Of a stretch of DNA of 64,000 nt, positions 10,744 to 20,062 are shown piece by piece. Source of the stretch: Alphaproteobacteria bacterium (GTDB lineage: Bacteria; Pseudomonadota; Alphaproteobacteria; SP197); the NCBI GenBank assembly GCA_964291415.2, contig OZ219920.1, positions 96,001 through 160,000 of the forward strand. The letters run 5' to 3'. Below the pieces are notes generated by a model that saw only the letters and a list, made by a program, of their open reading frames with translations, had not been told where the DNA came from and did not search any database. Both the position numbers and the translations under genes were made by a program. Every line of letters begins with the position of its first letter. Positions within the stretch are counted from its first letter, which is position 1.

Positions 10744-12045
10744 ATGATGCACAGCGAAACCGCTTTCCTCGTCGACACGCTGTCCTTCCTTGTCTGGGGA
10801 GGGCTGGTCATGTGGATGTGCGCGGGCTTCACGATGATCGAGGCCGGATCGGTGCGAACCCGGAACGCGTCGGTGACCTGTCTCAAGAACATCGGACTGT
10901 GTTCCATCGCCGTTCTCACCTACTACCTGGTGGGCTTCAATCTCATGTTCGTTGACGTCGAGCCCGGCGGCTGGATTGGCGCGCTGGAGTTGTTTCAGGG
11001 TTCGACCGCTGCCGAACGCCAGTTGCTGCAGGGCCAACAGGAGGTTCTGGACACGGTGGTGGCGACGGGCCATGCCTCGATGTCGAGGTGGTTGTTCGGC
11101 ATGGTCTTCGTTGCCTCGGCAGCATCGATCGTCTCGGGCACGCTCGCCGAACGCGTGAAGCTGTGGCCGTTCTTCCTTTTCATCGTGGTGCTCACAGGCA
11201 TCATCTATCCCGTCGTCGGCGCCTGGGCCTGGGGCGGCGGCTGGCTCGCAGAATTGGGATTCCACGATTACGCTGGCTCGACGGTGGTGCACGCGACCGG
11301 TGGCTGGGCGGCGCTGGCTGGGGTGCTGATCGTCGGCGCCCGAACCGGAAAGTTCCGGGACGATGGTACGGTCAAGTCGACACCGCCGGCGAACATTCCG
11401 GCCGTGACCCTCGGCGTCTTTTTCATCTGGCTGGGATTTCTGGGCTTCAACGGCGCCTCGCAGCTGGCGTTCGGCAGCGCAATCGATGCGGTCGCCGTGG
11501 CCAACGTTCTGGTGAATACCAATCTGGCGGCGGCTGCCGGCACGTTGACGGCACTGACCATCTCCCGTCCGTTGTTCGGCCACGTGGACTTCCAGGCATC
11601 CGTCAACGGCGCCATCGCCGGCCTGGTGGCGGTCGCCGCGGGTCCGGATTTCGCCGATCACACCTGGGCTCTCTTCATTGGCGCGACCGGCGCCATTGTC
11701 TGCACCTCGGGCATGAAACTCCTGCTGATCCTGAAGATCGACGATGAGGTGGGGGCAGTTTCGGCCCATATGGCAGCGGGAGTGTGGGGAACGCTCGCAG
11801 TCTGCTTCACCCATGATGGTGTCCTGCTGGCCCAACTGGCCGGCGTCGCAGCGGTCGGCGGCTTCGTGTTCGCATCCTCGTTCATTGTGTGGTGGATCAT
11901 CGACGTGCTGGTGGGCGTGAGAAACCCGCCGCATGTCGAGCAGGCAGGCCAGGACCTCGCCGAACTTGGCATCGTCGCCTACCCGGAATTCATGCTCATC
12001 GACGATGTCGACGACGCGAATGAGGATCCTTCGCCATACCCCTGA
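10744..12045 (+). CDS. amtB: Ammonium transporter (Amt family)
   Basis: 'AGF.M.EAG.VR..N', 'DYAGSTVVH', 'GFNG.S', 'NG..AGLVA', 'IDD.VGA..AH'; many TM segments. Confidence 0.92.
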   Translation: MMHSETAFLVDTLSFLVWGGLVMWMCAGFTMIEAGSVRTRNASVTCLKNIGLCSIAVLTYYLVGFNLMFVDVEPGGWIGALELFQGSTAAERQLLQGQQEVLDTVVATGHASMSRWLFGMVFVASAASIVSGTLAERVKLWPFFLFIVVLTGIIYPVVGAWAWGGGWLAELGFHDYAGSTVVHATGGWAALAGVLIVGARTGKFRDDGTVKSTPPANIPAVTLGVFFIWLGFLGFNGASQLAFGSAIDAVAVANVLVNTNLAAAAGTLTALTISRPLFGHVDFQASVNGAIAGLVAVAAGPDFADHTWALFIGATGAIVCTSGMKLLLILKIDDEVGAVSAHMAAGVWGTLAVCFTHDGVLLAQLAGVAAVGGFVFASSFIVWWIIDVLVGVRNPPHVEQAGQDLAELGIVAYPEFMLIDDVDDANEDPSPYP

Positions 12046-12103
12046 CGGTGAACTGGCGGCAGATGCCGGGCACGGCCACGACACGGCTGGAGCGCTCGAC
12101 GGT

Positions 12104-12387
12104 CATGGCGAAGCCGCCCTCGAGCACGGTACGCAAGCGCACCACGACATGATCGGGGAGCATGAAGAGATTGGCGATGGTCTTCTTCCCGATCCTGGGT
12201 CCTTCACGCCAGGCCCTTGTCAGCAGCACGGCGGGTTTGTCGGCCAGGTTGGGAACGTGTTCGATGTTGAAGGTCCTGGGGCATCCACCATGGGCACAAC
12301 GTGCCAGTACTGACCCTCTCAAAGACGATGATTACAAGATTAATTCAGCGAGTTAGGCAAGTTGAGCGCCGATGACGTTCCGCCTAG
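12104..12387. mobile_element. IS1634-family remnant: transposase N-terminus on the minus strand abutting a probable element end
   Basis: Minus strand 12271-12104 reads 'FNIEHVPNLADKPAVLLTRAWREGPRIGKKTIANLFMLPDHVVVRLRTVLEGG', resembling the IS1634 N-terminal consensus as recalled (IE.VPNR.S.PA.LLRE..REG.KV.KRTLANL). An AT-richer tail ends in '...gttccgcctag'. Confidence 0.7.
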
Positions 12388-12474
12388 ACTCTTTCTGATC
12401 GCCGCAGGGCACGAACCGTCGGCACACGACGGGATGATCGAACGGCGTGCTGTTTGCGGACAGGAGGAGGACGT

Positions 12475-13065
12475 GTGACGAAACCGTTCTGCTGGATCGA
12501 GACAGTCGATCGCGAGGAGGCGGGCCCCGAGTTGGCCGACGCCTATGGCGAGGTCTGCCGTGGCGACGGCAGTGTCCACAACATGTACCAGGCGTTCGCA
12601 ACGAGGCCCGACCTTCTGATCATGGCGGACCGGTTCTACCGTGCGCTGCTGCACAGCCCGCGGCGCAGCCTGGAGGCCTGGGTGCAGGAGCTGATCGCGA
12701 CCTGGGTCGCGATCCTCTGCGGTTGTCGCTACGCGAAGGACAATCACGGCGCAAACATGACGAGCCTGCTGGGCGATCGGGAACGGGGACAGGCCATGCT
12801 GGAGGCGCTCGAGGCAGGAGAGATCCCGGCGGACACCGACGCTTACCTTGCGGCGATCCTCGCCTACACGCGCAAGCTCACCCTCGAGCCCGCCACAATG
12901 GCCAGGGGGGACGTTGCGGCGTTGCGCGAGGCGGGCCTGGGCGATGCCGAGATCTTCGAGGTCAACCAGATTGCCGCCAACTTCGCCTACTGGACGCGCA
13001 TGTTGAACGGGCTGGGCGTGACGGCCGACGGCGAGCCGGTCGGCATGTACGGAAACGGACCGTGA
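12475..13065 (+). CDS. AhpD/carboxymuconolactone-decarboxylase-like (peroxidase-related) protein
   Basis: GTG start after AGGAGGAGG; 'ELIAT.V....CGCRYA...HG', 'Y.RKLT..P', 'F.Y.TR..NGLG'. Confidence 0.8.
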   Translation: MTKPFCWIETVDREEAGPELADAYGEVCRGDGSVHNMYQAFATRPDLLIMADRFYRALLHSPRRSLEAWVQELIATWVAILCGCRYAKDNHGANMTSLLGDRERGQAMLEALEAGEIPADTDAYLAAILAYTRKLTLEPATMARGDVAALREAGLGDAEIFEVNQIAANFAYWTRMLNGLGVTADGEPVGMYGNGP

Positions 13066-14501
13066 GCCGCCGTGGCAGGCGACGCGGCGGGCGAAACTCG
13101 GCTCTCGCGCGGGAGGCCCGGCCAGCGCAGGATCTGCGGCGTGCACAGAATCTCCGACTCCCGGTCCTGGAGCGGGCGGACGTCATGGCAATCCATGATG
13201 GCGCCCTGCGCATTCTCGATGAGGTTGGCGTCATCGTCGACGACGAGGGAACGCGCAGGGATCTTCTGGAGAACAGGGGCTGCCGACAGGACGAGGATGG
13301 CTATGTGCGCATTCCACCGGCACGGGTCGAGGCTGCGCTGCAAACGGTGCCCCGCAGCGTCGAACTCTACAACCGCGAGGGCGAGCGGGTGGTCGATACC
13401 GCCGCCGATCGCCCCGCCTATTGCGCCGGGCACAACTGCGTCAACATCCTGGATCACAGAACCGGCGAACTCAGGCCCGGCGTTCTGAATGATCTCGCCA
13501 ACACGGCCCGGGTTTGCGAAGCGCTGCCCCATCTCGACGTCGCCTGTTCGCTGGGCTACCCGACCGACGTCGAAGCCGAGGCCGAGGCGGTGACTTCTGT
13601 CACGGCGATGATGGACAACACCGTCAAGCCCATCGCGTTCACGGCGCACGACGAGATCAAGGCCGAGGCCATATGGCAAGCGATGGCTGACCGCGTCGGC
13701 GGTTGGCGGGCTCTGGGCGACAAGCCCTGCGGACTCGACCTTACGGGCCCGGTTTCGCCGCTGCGGCTGGGCGACGAACTTTGCCGCAGGCTGCAACTCG
13801 CGGCGCGAGGGCGTTTCCCGGTCGTGTGCTATCCAGCGATCTTCCCGGGCATGGCCGGTCCGATCACGCTGGCCGGGGTGCTGGCGCAGTCTGCAGCCGA
13901 ATCGCTGGCCGGCATCGTGGTCCACCAGATCGCCAACCCCGGCGCGCCGGTGATGGCAGGCTCGTCCGTCCTGCCGATGGACATGAAGACCGCGACCATT
14001 GCCTACGGCGGCCCCGAATACATGCTGGCCAATCTCGGCGGCACCGACTACTACAACGCGATCGGCGTGCCGAGCTGGATCGGCGCGGGCTGCTCGGATT
14101 CCCACGCCGTCGACGCCCAGGCGGCGTCGGAAGTCGGTGCGAACCTGGCGCTCGCGGGGCTTGCCGGCACGGCCTTCGTCCACAACCTGGGCTTCCTTTC
14201 CTCGGGCCGCACGGGCTCGCTGGAGATGCTGGTCCTGTGCGACGAACTTGCAGGCTGGGCGAGCCGCTTCGCCAACGGCATCGAGGTCAACGAGGACACG
14301 ATCGGCTTCGAGGTCGTGAAACGCGCAGCGAAGGACAACACGTTCCTCACCGACGAGCACACCACGGCGCGGTACATGACTGAAAACTGGTTCCCGCCGA
14401 TGTCCGAACGTTCCGATTCCGCCGCCTGGCAGACCGGCGGCGCGCGGACAATGCAGGACAAGATCAGGGACCGTCTGCGCGGGATTCTGGACGAAAGCTG
14501 A
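13062..14501 (+). CDS. Trimethylamine methyltransferase (MttB) superfamily protein, non-pyrrolysine
   Basis: 'IHDGALRILDEVGV', 'SPLR', 'G..GPITLAG.LAQ..AESLAG', 'DMKT....YG.PE', 'SDSH..DAQA..E', 'FL..EHT'. GTGA overlap with the upstream stop; no in-frame TAG. Confidence 0.88.
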   Translation: MSRRGRRRGGRNSALAREARPAQDLRRAQNLRLPVLERADVMAIHDGALRILDEVGVIVDDEGTRRDLLENRGCRQDEDGYVRIPPARVEAALQTVPRSVELYNREGERVVDTAADRPAYCAGHNCVNILDHRTGELRPGVLNDLANTARVCEALPHLDVACSLGYPTDVEAEAEAVTSVTAMMDNTVKPIAFTAHDEIKAEAIWQAMADRVGGWRALGDKPCGLDLTGPVSPLRLGDELCRRLQLAARGRFPVVCYPAIFPGMAGPITLAGVLAQSAAESLAGIVVHQIANPGAPVMAGSSVLPMDMKTATIAYGGPEYMLANLGGTDYYNAIGVPSWIGAGCSDSHAVDAQAASEVGANLALAGLAGTAFVHNLGFLSSGRTGSLEMLVLCDELAGWASRFANGIEVNEDTIGFEVVKRAAKDNTFLTDEHTTARYMTENWFPPMSERSDSAAWQTGGARTMQDKIRDRLRGILDES

Positions 14502-14956
14502 TCAGGGCCATTCGGAAGGCAAGTCCTGCAGACGACCGTCTGTGCTGTCGCGTGCCCCGCGGAACGGCGCGTGGCGCGGTGAGGTCGGTGGCCCGTGCCC
14601 GGACCCGGCGGTTCAGAAGCATGTCGACCCTCACCCGGATGCGGCCGGCATCAGCGTCGGTCCGCAATCGCACCGCAAACGGTGCGCGTTGCGGCAGGCC
14701 CAGGCAGCGGACGGCTCCGCGCATACGTATCGCCATGCTTCCAGCTTGCACTCGATCAAAAAGCGCCACAGGCGATGGGTTGATGCAGGGTTTCTCGCGG
14801 TACGGCGACGGCCGGCCGCTCGACGGCCGGGACCGATGCGTGCATCCTTGCCGACGGTTCGTCAGCAACCGACAGCGGTTCCGGCCGGGAACTCGCGATC
14901 ACGGGGCTGCGTCGACGCTCCGGTAACCATCCACAGAACGATTGCGGTGATGTTTC

Positions 14957-16621
14957 ATGGACGACTACTACGATCTCGGGTCGTACAGCAGGAAGGTGTC
15001 CACGCGGTCCGCCGCCGCGCAAGCCTGGTTCGACCGCGGCCTCAACTGGCTCTATGCCTTCAACCAGGAGGACGCGGAGGTTTGCTTCCGGAACGCTGTT
15101 GAGGCCGATCCCCGGTGCGCCATGGCGTGGTGGGGCCTCGCCTACTCGATTGGCCCCTACTACAACTGGCCGTGGGAGAAGTTCGACGCGGCGGCGCTGG
15201 GGCCGGCGCTTCGCGGCAGCTACGATGCTGCCCGGACCGCGCTGGGGCTTCGGGACGGTGTGAGCGGTCCGGAGCGGGCGCTCATCGACGCGATGGCGCT
15301 GCGCAGCCCGTCGCCGTCGCGTCCCACAGACTTCCAGGACTGGATCGAGGACTACGCCTGCGCGATGCGCGAGGCCTACCATGCCTGGCCGCGCGACCTC
15401 GATATTGCGACGCTCTTTGCCGATGCCGTCATGACGCGGACGCCGTGGAAACTGTGGAACCTTCGCACCGGCGAGCCGGCGGAAGGTGCCAGTACGCTGG
15501 AGGCGCGGGCCGTGCTCGAGAGCGCGCTGCGCCAGGTCGAGGAAGAAGGCCTGCCGCCGCATCCCGGCCTGCTTCACTTCTACATCCACCTGCTGGAGAT
15601 GTCGCCGTTCCCGGAACAGGCCCTGCGGGCAGGCGACCAGCTCTACGGCCTGGTGCCGGATGCAGGCCACCTCCATCACATGCCGACCCACATCGACTTC
15701 CAGTGCGGCCATTACCACAACGTCGTGGTGCGCAACGCTGCGGCGCTTGTCGCCGACCACAAGCATGTCGCGCGCGAGGGAGCGCTCAATCTCTACGCCT
15801 ACTCGCGCGTCCACAACGCGCACTTCATGCTCTACGGGGCCATGTTCCTGGGCCAGTGCCGCACCGCCATGGAAGCGGCCGACGAAATGGTGGCATCCCT
15901 GCCGGAAGCCTTGCTGCGCATCGAGAGCCCGCCGATGGCCGATATTCTCGAGGGCTACCTCGGCATGAAAGTGCACGCTCTCATCCGCTTCGGGAGGTGG
16001 CAGGAAATCATCGGGGAACCGCTGCCGTCGGACACCGAGCTCTACTGCGTGACCGAGGCCCTCGGGCTTTACGCCAAGGCGGTTGCCTACGCTGCGACAG
16101 GCGACATCCCCGCTGCCGAAGAACACCGCGAGCGCTTCGAAGCGGCGCGCCAGCGCGTGCCTCCATCGCGCCTTCTCTTCAACAACACCTGCCGGGACGT
16201 TCTTGCGATCGCCTCGGAGATGGTCTGCGGCGAGATCGACTATCGCAGGGGCGACCACGCAACCGCCTTCGTCCACCTGCGCAACGCGGTCGCCCTTGAG
16301 GACAATCTGCCCTACGACGAACCCTGGGGCTGGATGCAGCCGACACGCCATGCACTCGGCGCGCTGTTGCTCGAGCAGGGCGAGGCGGAGCAGGCGGAGG
16401 CCGTTTACCGCAGCGACCTTGGTTTCGATCCCGAGGTGATTCGCGCCCGCCGGCATCCCGACAACGTCTGGGCGCTGCACGGGCTCCACGAAGCCCTGAT
16501 CCGCCAGGGAAAGGAGCATGAGGCAGGCATGATCGCGCCGCGTCTCGACCTCGCTCTCGCCCGCGCCGATGTGACGATCGAATCGTCCTGCTACTGCCGC
16601 ATGCACACACAGGCCCGCTGA
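14957..16621 (+). CDS. Uncharacterised TPR-repeat protein with His-rich motif
   Basis: 'AQAWFDRGL.W.YAFN.EDA..CF..A...DP.CAMAWWG.AY', 'HPG.LH.YIHLLEMS', 'HLHHMPTHI', 'L.YDEPWGW.QP.RHALGALL', 'HPDNVWAL.G'. Confidence 0.8.
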   Translation: MDDYYDLGSYSRKVSTRSAAAQAWFDRGLNWLYAFNQEDAEVCFRNAVEADPRCAMAWWGLAYSIGPYYNWPWEKFDAAALGPALRGSYDAARTALGLRDGVSGPERALIDAMALRSPSPSRPTDFQDWIEDYACAMREAYHAWPRDLDIATLFADAVMTRTPWKLWNLRTGEPAEGASTLEARAVLESALRQVEEEGLPPHPGLLHFYIHLLEMSPFPEQALRAGDQLYGLVPDAGHLHHMPTHIDFQCGHYHNVVVRNAAALVADHKHVAREGALNLYAYSRVHNAHFMLYGAMFLGQCRTAMEAADEMVASLPEALLRIESPPMADILEGYLGMKVHALIRFGRWQEIIGEPLPSDTELYCVTEALGLYAKAVAYAATGDIPAAEEHRERFEAARQRVPPSRLLFNNTCRDVLAIASEMVCGEIDYRRGDHATAFVHLRNAVALEDNLPYDEPWGWMQPTRHALGALLLEQGEAEQAEAVYRSDLGFDPEVIRARRHPDNVWALHGLHEALIRQGKEHEAGMIAPRLDLALARADVTIESSCYCRMHTQAR

Positions 16622-17104
16622 GCACGGGCCGCACAGGCAAACCTGCCTGCGAACGCCCACCTCGTGAGGCGATCGATCAGCACGGTGTTGTCCGCGTTCT
16701 CAGTGCATTCGGGCTCTTCGTGCGGCCTGGGTTCGGTCCCCGGATTGACATCGGCATCCTTGTTCTTCTTCCACCGGATCGGGATTCGGGCCCGGCGATC
16801 TGCGAGGTGGGGGCACAGGCAGTCGGGCGTCGGGAGATGTACGCGGAGATGCAGTTCATCTGTCGCGGCGAAGGCGGTTCGGTCATTGCGCCCTGTGTGA
16901 GTCACATCAGCGCGCACCCGACGAAGATTGCGATCCCGGACCAGGTGGCGGGCAACCGGGAGATGGTCGGTTTCACGTTCCTTGAACGCTGGTGGTTTGC
17001 CTGAGCGGTGAACGTCAAACAGGAATGTTGGGCAACATATCCGGCCTTGATTCCGCCATCGCACATGCGGCGGTACCGACGATCAGCCCGGTTCGTCCGA
17101 GTGT

Positions 17105-17646
17105 TGTCGCCATGCCCAGAACGTTCATCGCACCAATCTCGCGGCGGCTGCCGTCACGTTGACGGCACTGACTGATCGGCGAGGGCGCCATCGACGACTT
17201 CCAGGCATTCGTCGATGGCGCCCTCGCTGGCCTTGCGGCGGTTGCCGCCGGTCCGGATTTCGCTGATCCCACTTGGGCCTCTTCTTTGGAGCGACCGGCG
17301 CCATTGTCTGCACCTCGGGCAAGAAACTCCTGCTGATTCTGAAGATCAACGATGAGGCGGGGGCAATTTAGGTCCACATGGGAGCGGGAGTGCGCGCTGC
17401 TTCACCCGCGATGGTTAGCTGGCCCAGCTGGCCCGCGTTGCAAGTGTCAGAGGCTTCGTGTTCGGATCCGCGTGACTTGTGTGATGGATCATTGACGTGC
17501 TGCCGCGCGTGAGAAATTCACCGCAAGCCGGGCGGTCAGGCCAGGACCTCGCTGAACCTGGCATCGTCACGTACCTGGAATTCATGCTCATCGACGATGT
17601 CAATCACGCGAACGGTAACTGCTGCCAAGCCCTAGGCGGTGAACTG
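17105..17646 (+). pseudogene. Degenerate duplicate of the 3' ~40% of amtB
   Basis: Collinear nucleotide match to about 11490-12055 (e.g. 'gcgaccggcgccattgtctgcacctcgggca', 'gaattcatgctcatcgacgatgtc', 'cggtgaactg') with indels and stop codons. Confidence 0.92.
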
Positions 17647-17673
17647 CAAACGGTCGTTCCAGGACGGCCCCCT

Positions 17674-17760
17674 GAAGCTGCCGCAGGCAGCCTGAAAATC
17701 ACAGAACGGTCAGAGGCGCGGGACGCACGGCGTCAAGGACGTCGCAAAATGACCGGATAC
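17674..17760 (+). mobile_element. IS66-family right end, copy 1
   Basis: 17683-17760 matches 19985-20062 at 76 of 78 nt; ends in 'gaccggatac', an IS66-type terminal repeat. Confidence 0.75.
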
Positions 17761-18126
17761 TTTGCCGCCCCATGGAAGATGATGGCGCCAGGCTGAACAG
17801 TCCTCCCGGGGCGATGAAACCGCCGCGTCATGCTCCCGAAAACCCGGAGCGGAGCTGCACTCGTCCGGAACACCACACCGACGCTGCCGTCGAGGCTTTC
17901 CCCGGTCCCCGGAGACCCTGGCCGCACACCAATCCATGCCTCAGGCGTTCAGGCGGCAGACTCGCATGACAACGACCACGCCCAGGACGCAAAATGCAAC
18001 CCTTCAACCCGCCTTCAGACAGAGCTATGAGAAAAGGCGGCTAGCGCGAGCATGGGCATGGTGCGGTCGGACGGGGAGGTCTGCCCTGGCATCGACGATT
18101 TCCTTTCGCCCGGCCGATTCCCGCGG

Positions 18127-18960
18127 CTACCCGCGCATGATTCCGGCGATGTCCGGCGTCGACATCGAAGTGTCGACATAGGCGAACGTGCCCTGCTCCC
18201 TCGCTTCGGTCGCGGCCGCGACCATACCTGTCATCGCCGCGCGATAGAGCGATGTCGCGAGGCTGATGCGCCGCGCCCCGGCTGCCGTAACGTCGGCCTT
18301 GGGAAACGACCTTCCGCCGACGCCGACCATGAAGTTGACCGGTTTCGACACGGCCTGGCACACCGCGCGGACCGCGGCGATGTCCGGCAGCGCCGGCGCC
18401 ATCAGGACATCGGCCCCGGCGCGTTCGTAGGCCTGGAGCCGGGCAATGACCTCGTCGAGGTCCGGGAGCCCGCGGATGAAACATTCGCTCCGCCCGGTGA
18501 GCGTGAAGCGGAAGCCCACGGACCGCGCAGCTTCGGCGGCTGCGGCGATGCGTTCGGCGGCCAGGCCGCGATCGTAGAACGGGCGGTCGGGATCGCCTGT
18601 GAAATCCTCGATAGTACAACCGACCAGCCCGGCTTCGGCCGCCAGCGTCACGGTTTTCGCCACCGCCTGGGGTTCATGGCCGAAGCCGTTCTCCAGGTCG
18701 CCCGAAACCGGCAGGTCGACCGCATCTGCGACGTCGCGCGCATGGTCCAGGGCCTCGTCGCGCGTAACCTCGCCGTCGCACCGGCCGAGCGTGCCGGCGA
18801 AACCGCCGCTCGTCGTCGCCAGCGCCTCGAAGCCCAGACCGGCCAGAATGCGGGCCGAGCCGACATCGAACGCGTTTGCGAGGATGAATGGCTCAGCGCC
18901 CTGGTGCAGGGCGTGGAAGCGCTCGGCCTTTTCGGCCTGGGTGGGGCGATCGTCGGCCAT
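18127..18960 (-). CDS. Isocitrate lyase/PEP mutase family protein
   Basis: 'NAFDVGSAR', 'GFEALATTS', 'PVSGDLENGFG', 'GCTIED', 'YERAGADV', 'PVN'. Confidence 0.88.
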   Translation of the reverse strand: MADDRPTQAEKAERFHALHQGAEPFILANAFDVGSARILAGLGFEALATTSGGFAGTLGRCDGEVTRDEALDHARDVADAVDLPVSGDLENGFGHEPQAVAKTVTLAAEAGLVGCTIEDFTGDPDRPFYDRGLAAERIAAAAEAARSVGFRFTLTGRSECFIRGLPDLDEVIARLQAYERAGADVLMAPALPDIAAVRAVCQAVSKPVNFMVGVGGRSFPKADVTAAGARRISLATSLYRAAMTGMVAAATEAREQGTFAYVDTSMSTPDIAGIMRG

Positions 18961-19164
18961 CGGAATTTCACCTTCCGCAGCGATTCAACGATTTGATGGT
19001 GAAGGGGCCGCTGCCCGCCTGTCAACGGCCCGCCTGTCGATGGACCGCGCCGCGCGGCCCGGTTCCGACTTGCGCGCAACGGTTGGCCCGATCCGGCCGC
19101 AATGCCAGATATCGGCGGCATCCCATTCTACTGCCGGATACATACCAATGTCGCAACTGCAGGC

Positions 19165-19317
19165 TCTCCGGCGTCGGGATGTCCGGCACCGGCTCCGGAG
19201 ACGATCGTCATGCCAAGCTGGCCGCCCGGCTCCGCTATGCTCCGCCGACCCCCCAGCTTGGCCAGAGAACTCGCAATGCACTAACATTCGACTTGAACCA
19301 ATCGACGGGGCAGGTCA
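19165..19317 (+). mobile_element. IS3-family 3' remnant (OrfB tail and right inverted repeat)
   Basis: 'PAPETIVMPSWPPGSAMLRRPPSLA...MH*' followed by 'ctaacattcgacttgaaccaatcgacggggcaggtca', the alphaproteobacterial IS3-type end pattern finishing in CA. Confidence 0.78.
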
Positions 19318-19328
19318 AGGCTTGAGAA

Positions 19329-19800
19329 GAGGCTTTTGCGTTGTAGCGATTTTCGGCGCCGCACGGCATGAGCCTTGGCTCTGCGGTCGCCGGTGAGTCA
19401 CCTTCCACGGGCCCTGGAGCCGGCGTCAGGCGACCGGTTTGACGTTGTGGCGCGGGATGTCGGGCGCTGTTGAGACCCGGCGGCGGCGTCCAGGCGTGCG
19501 CAAGCCGTCCGCGTGATGGATCTCGCGGACGCCGGGCGGTCGTGTCAGCCGGGATCAGCCTGGATCGGGTGGGGCTGCTGCCCGCACGAGGCTCCGCATC
19601 AGGTGTGGTTGCCGTTCTTCGACGCTGGCATGAGCCAGGGCCATCATGACGGCAAGGGCGAGGGTGATCCGCGCCGTCATCCGGCTCAGGCCCCGGATGT
19701 GGTGATGCTCGAGACCGAAGTTCTGGTCGAGGCGGGCGTTGATGCGTTCCAGAGCCGTGCGCCCGCGATAGCGGCGTTGCCAGGTGAGGGGATCTGCGCG
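19329..19800 (-). mobile_element. DDE transposase C-terminal remnant (IS1182/IS5-like) with downstream end
   Basis: 'WQRRYRGRTALERINARLDQNFGLEHHHIRGLSRMTARITLALAVMMALA...MRSLV' carries a Y-x2-R-x3-E DDE signature; stop at 19555; candidate terminus 'gaggcttttgcg' at 19329. Confidence 0.72.
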
Positions 19801-19859
19801 GCGTCGGCGTGAAGATGCGGCGGTCGCTGCGGCGGGCCAGTTACCCACAGCTACCAGCG

Positions 19860-20062
19860 GAGCCAGAACTCCTACACCACGTGGTGGGACACAACCCCCA
19901 ACTGACGCCACGCCTGTGGAAGGACCACTTCGCCGACAACCCGATGACATCCGACGTCACCAAGGCCGTGCCCGCGAAACTGCTGCAGGCAGCCTGACAA
20001 TCACAGAACGGTCAGAGGCGCGGGACGCACGGCGTCAAGGACGTCGCATAATGACCGGATAC
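19860..20062 (+). mobile_element. IS66-family 3' remnant (TnpC tail and right end), copy 2
   Basis: 'LTPRLWKDHFADNPMTSD' resembles the IS66 TnpC C-terminus as recalled (LTPRLWK.HFA.NPLRSD); ends 'gaccggatac'. Confidence 0.78.

Noticed and set aside
12447-13061. Apparent 205-aa N-terminal extension of the MttB ORF
   Set aside because: It overlaps the AhpD-like gene in another frame; the real start is the GTG at 13062. Similar over-extensions were trimmed for polA, chvG, dppB, dppDF and SBP B.
13062-14501. Pyrrolysine recoding in MttB
   Set aside because: No in-frame TAG and no pyl genes in the window.
14502-14956. 455-nt gap after MttB as a possible cobalamin riboswitch or small gene
   Set aside because: No B12-box or other recognisable motif and no convincing ORF; a covariance-model search would be needed.
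17683-17760. 78-nt repeat as a structured ncRNA or riboswitch
   Set aside because: Better explained as an IS66 right end, since copy 2 directly follows a TnpC-like tail.
17761-18030. Possible further IS end ('...ccttcagacagagc')
   Set aside because: No transposase residue pattern or partner inverted repeat could be identified by eye.
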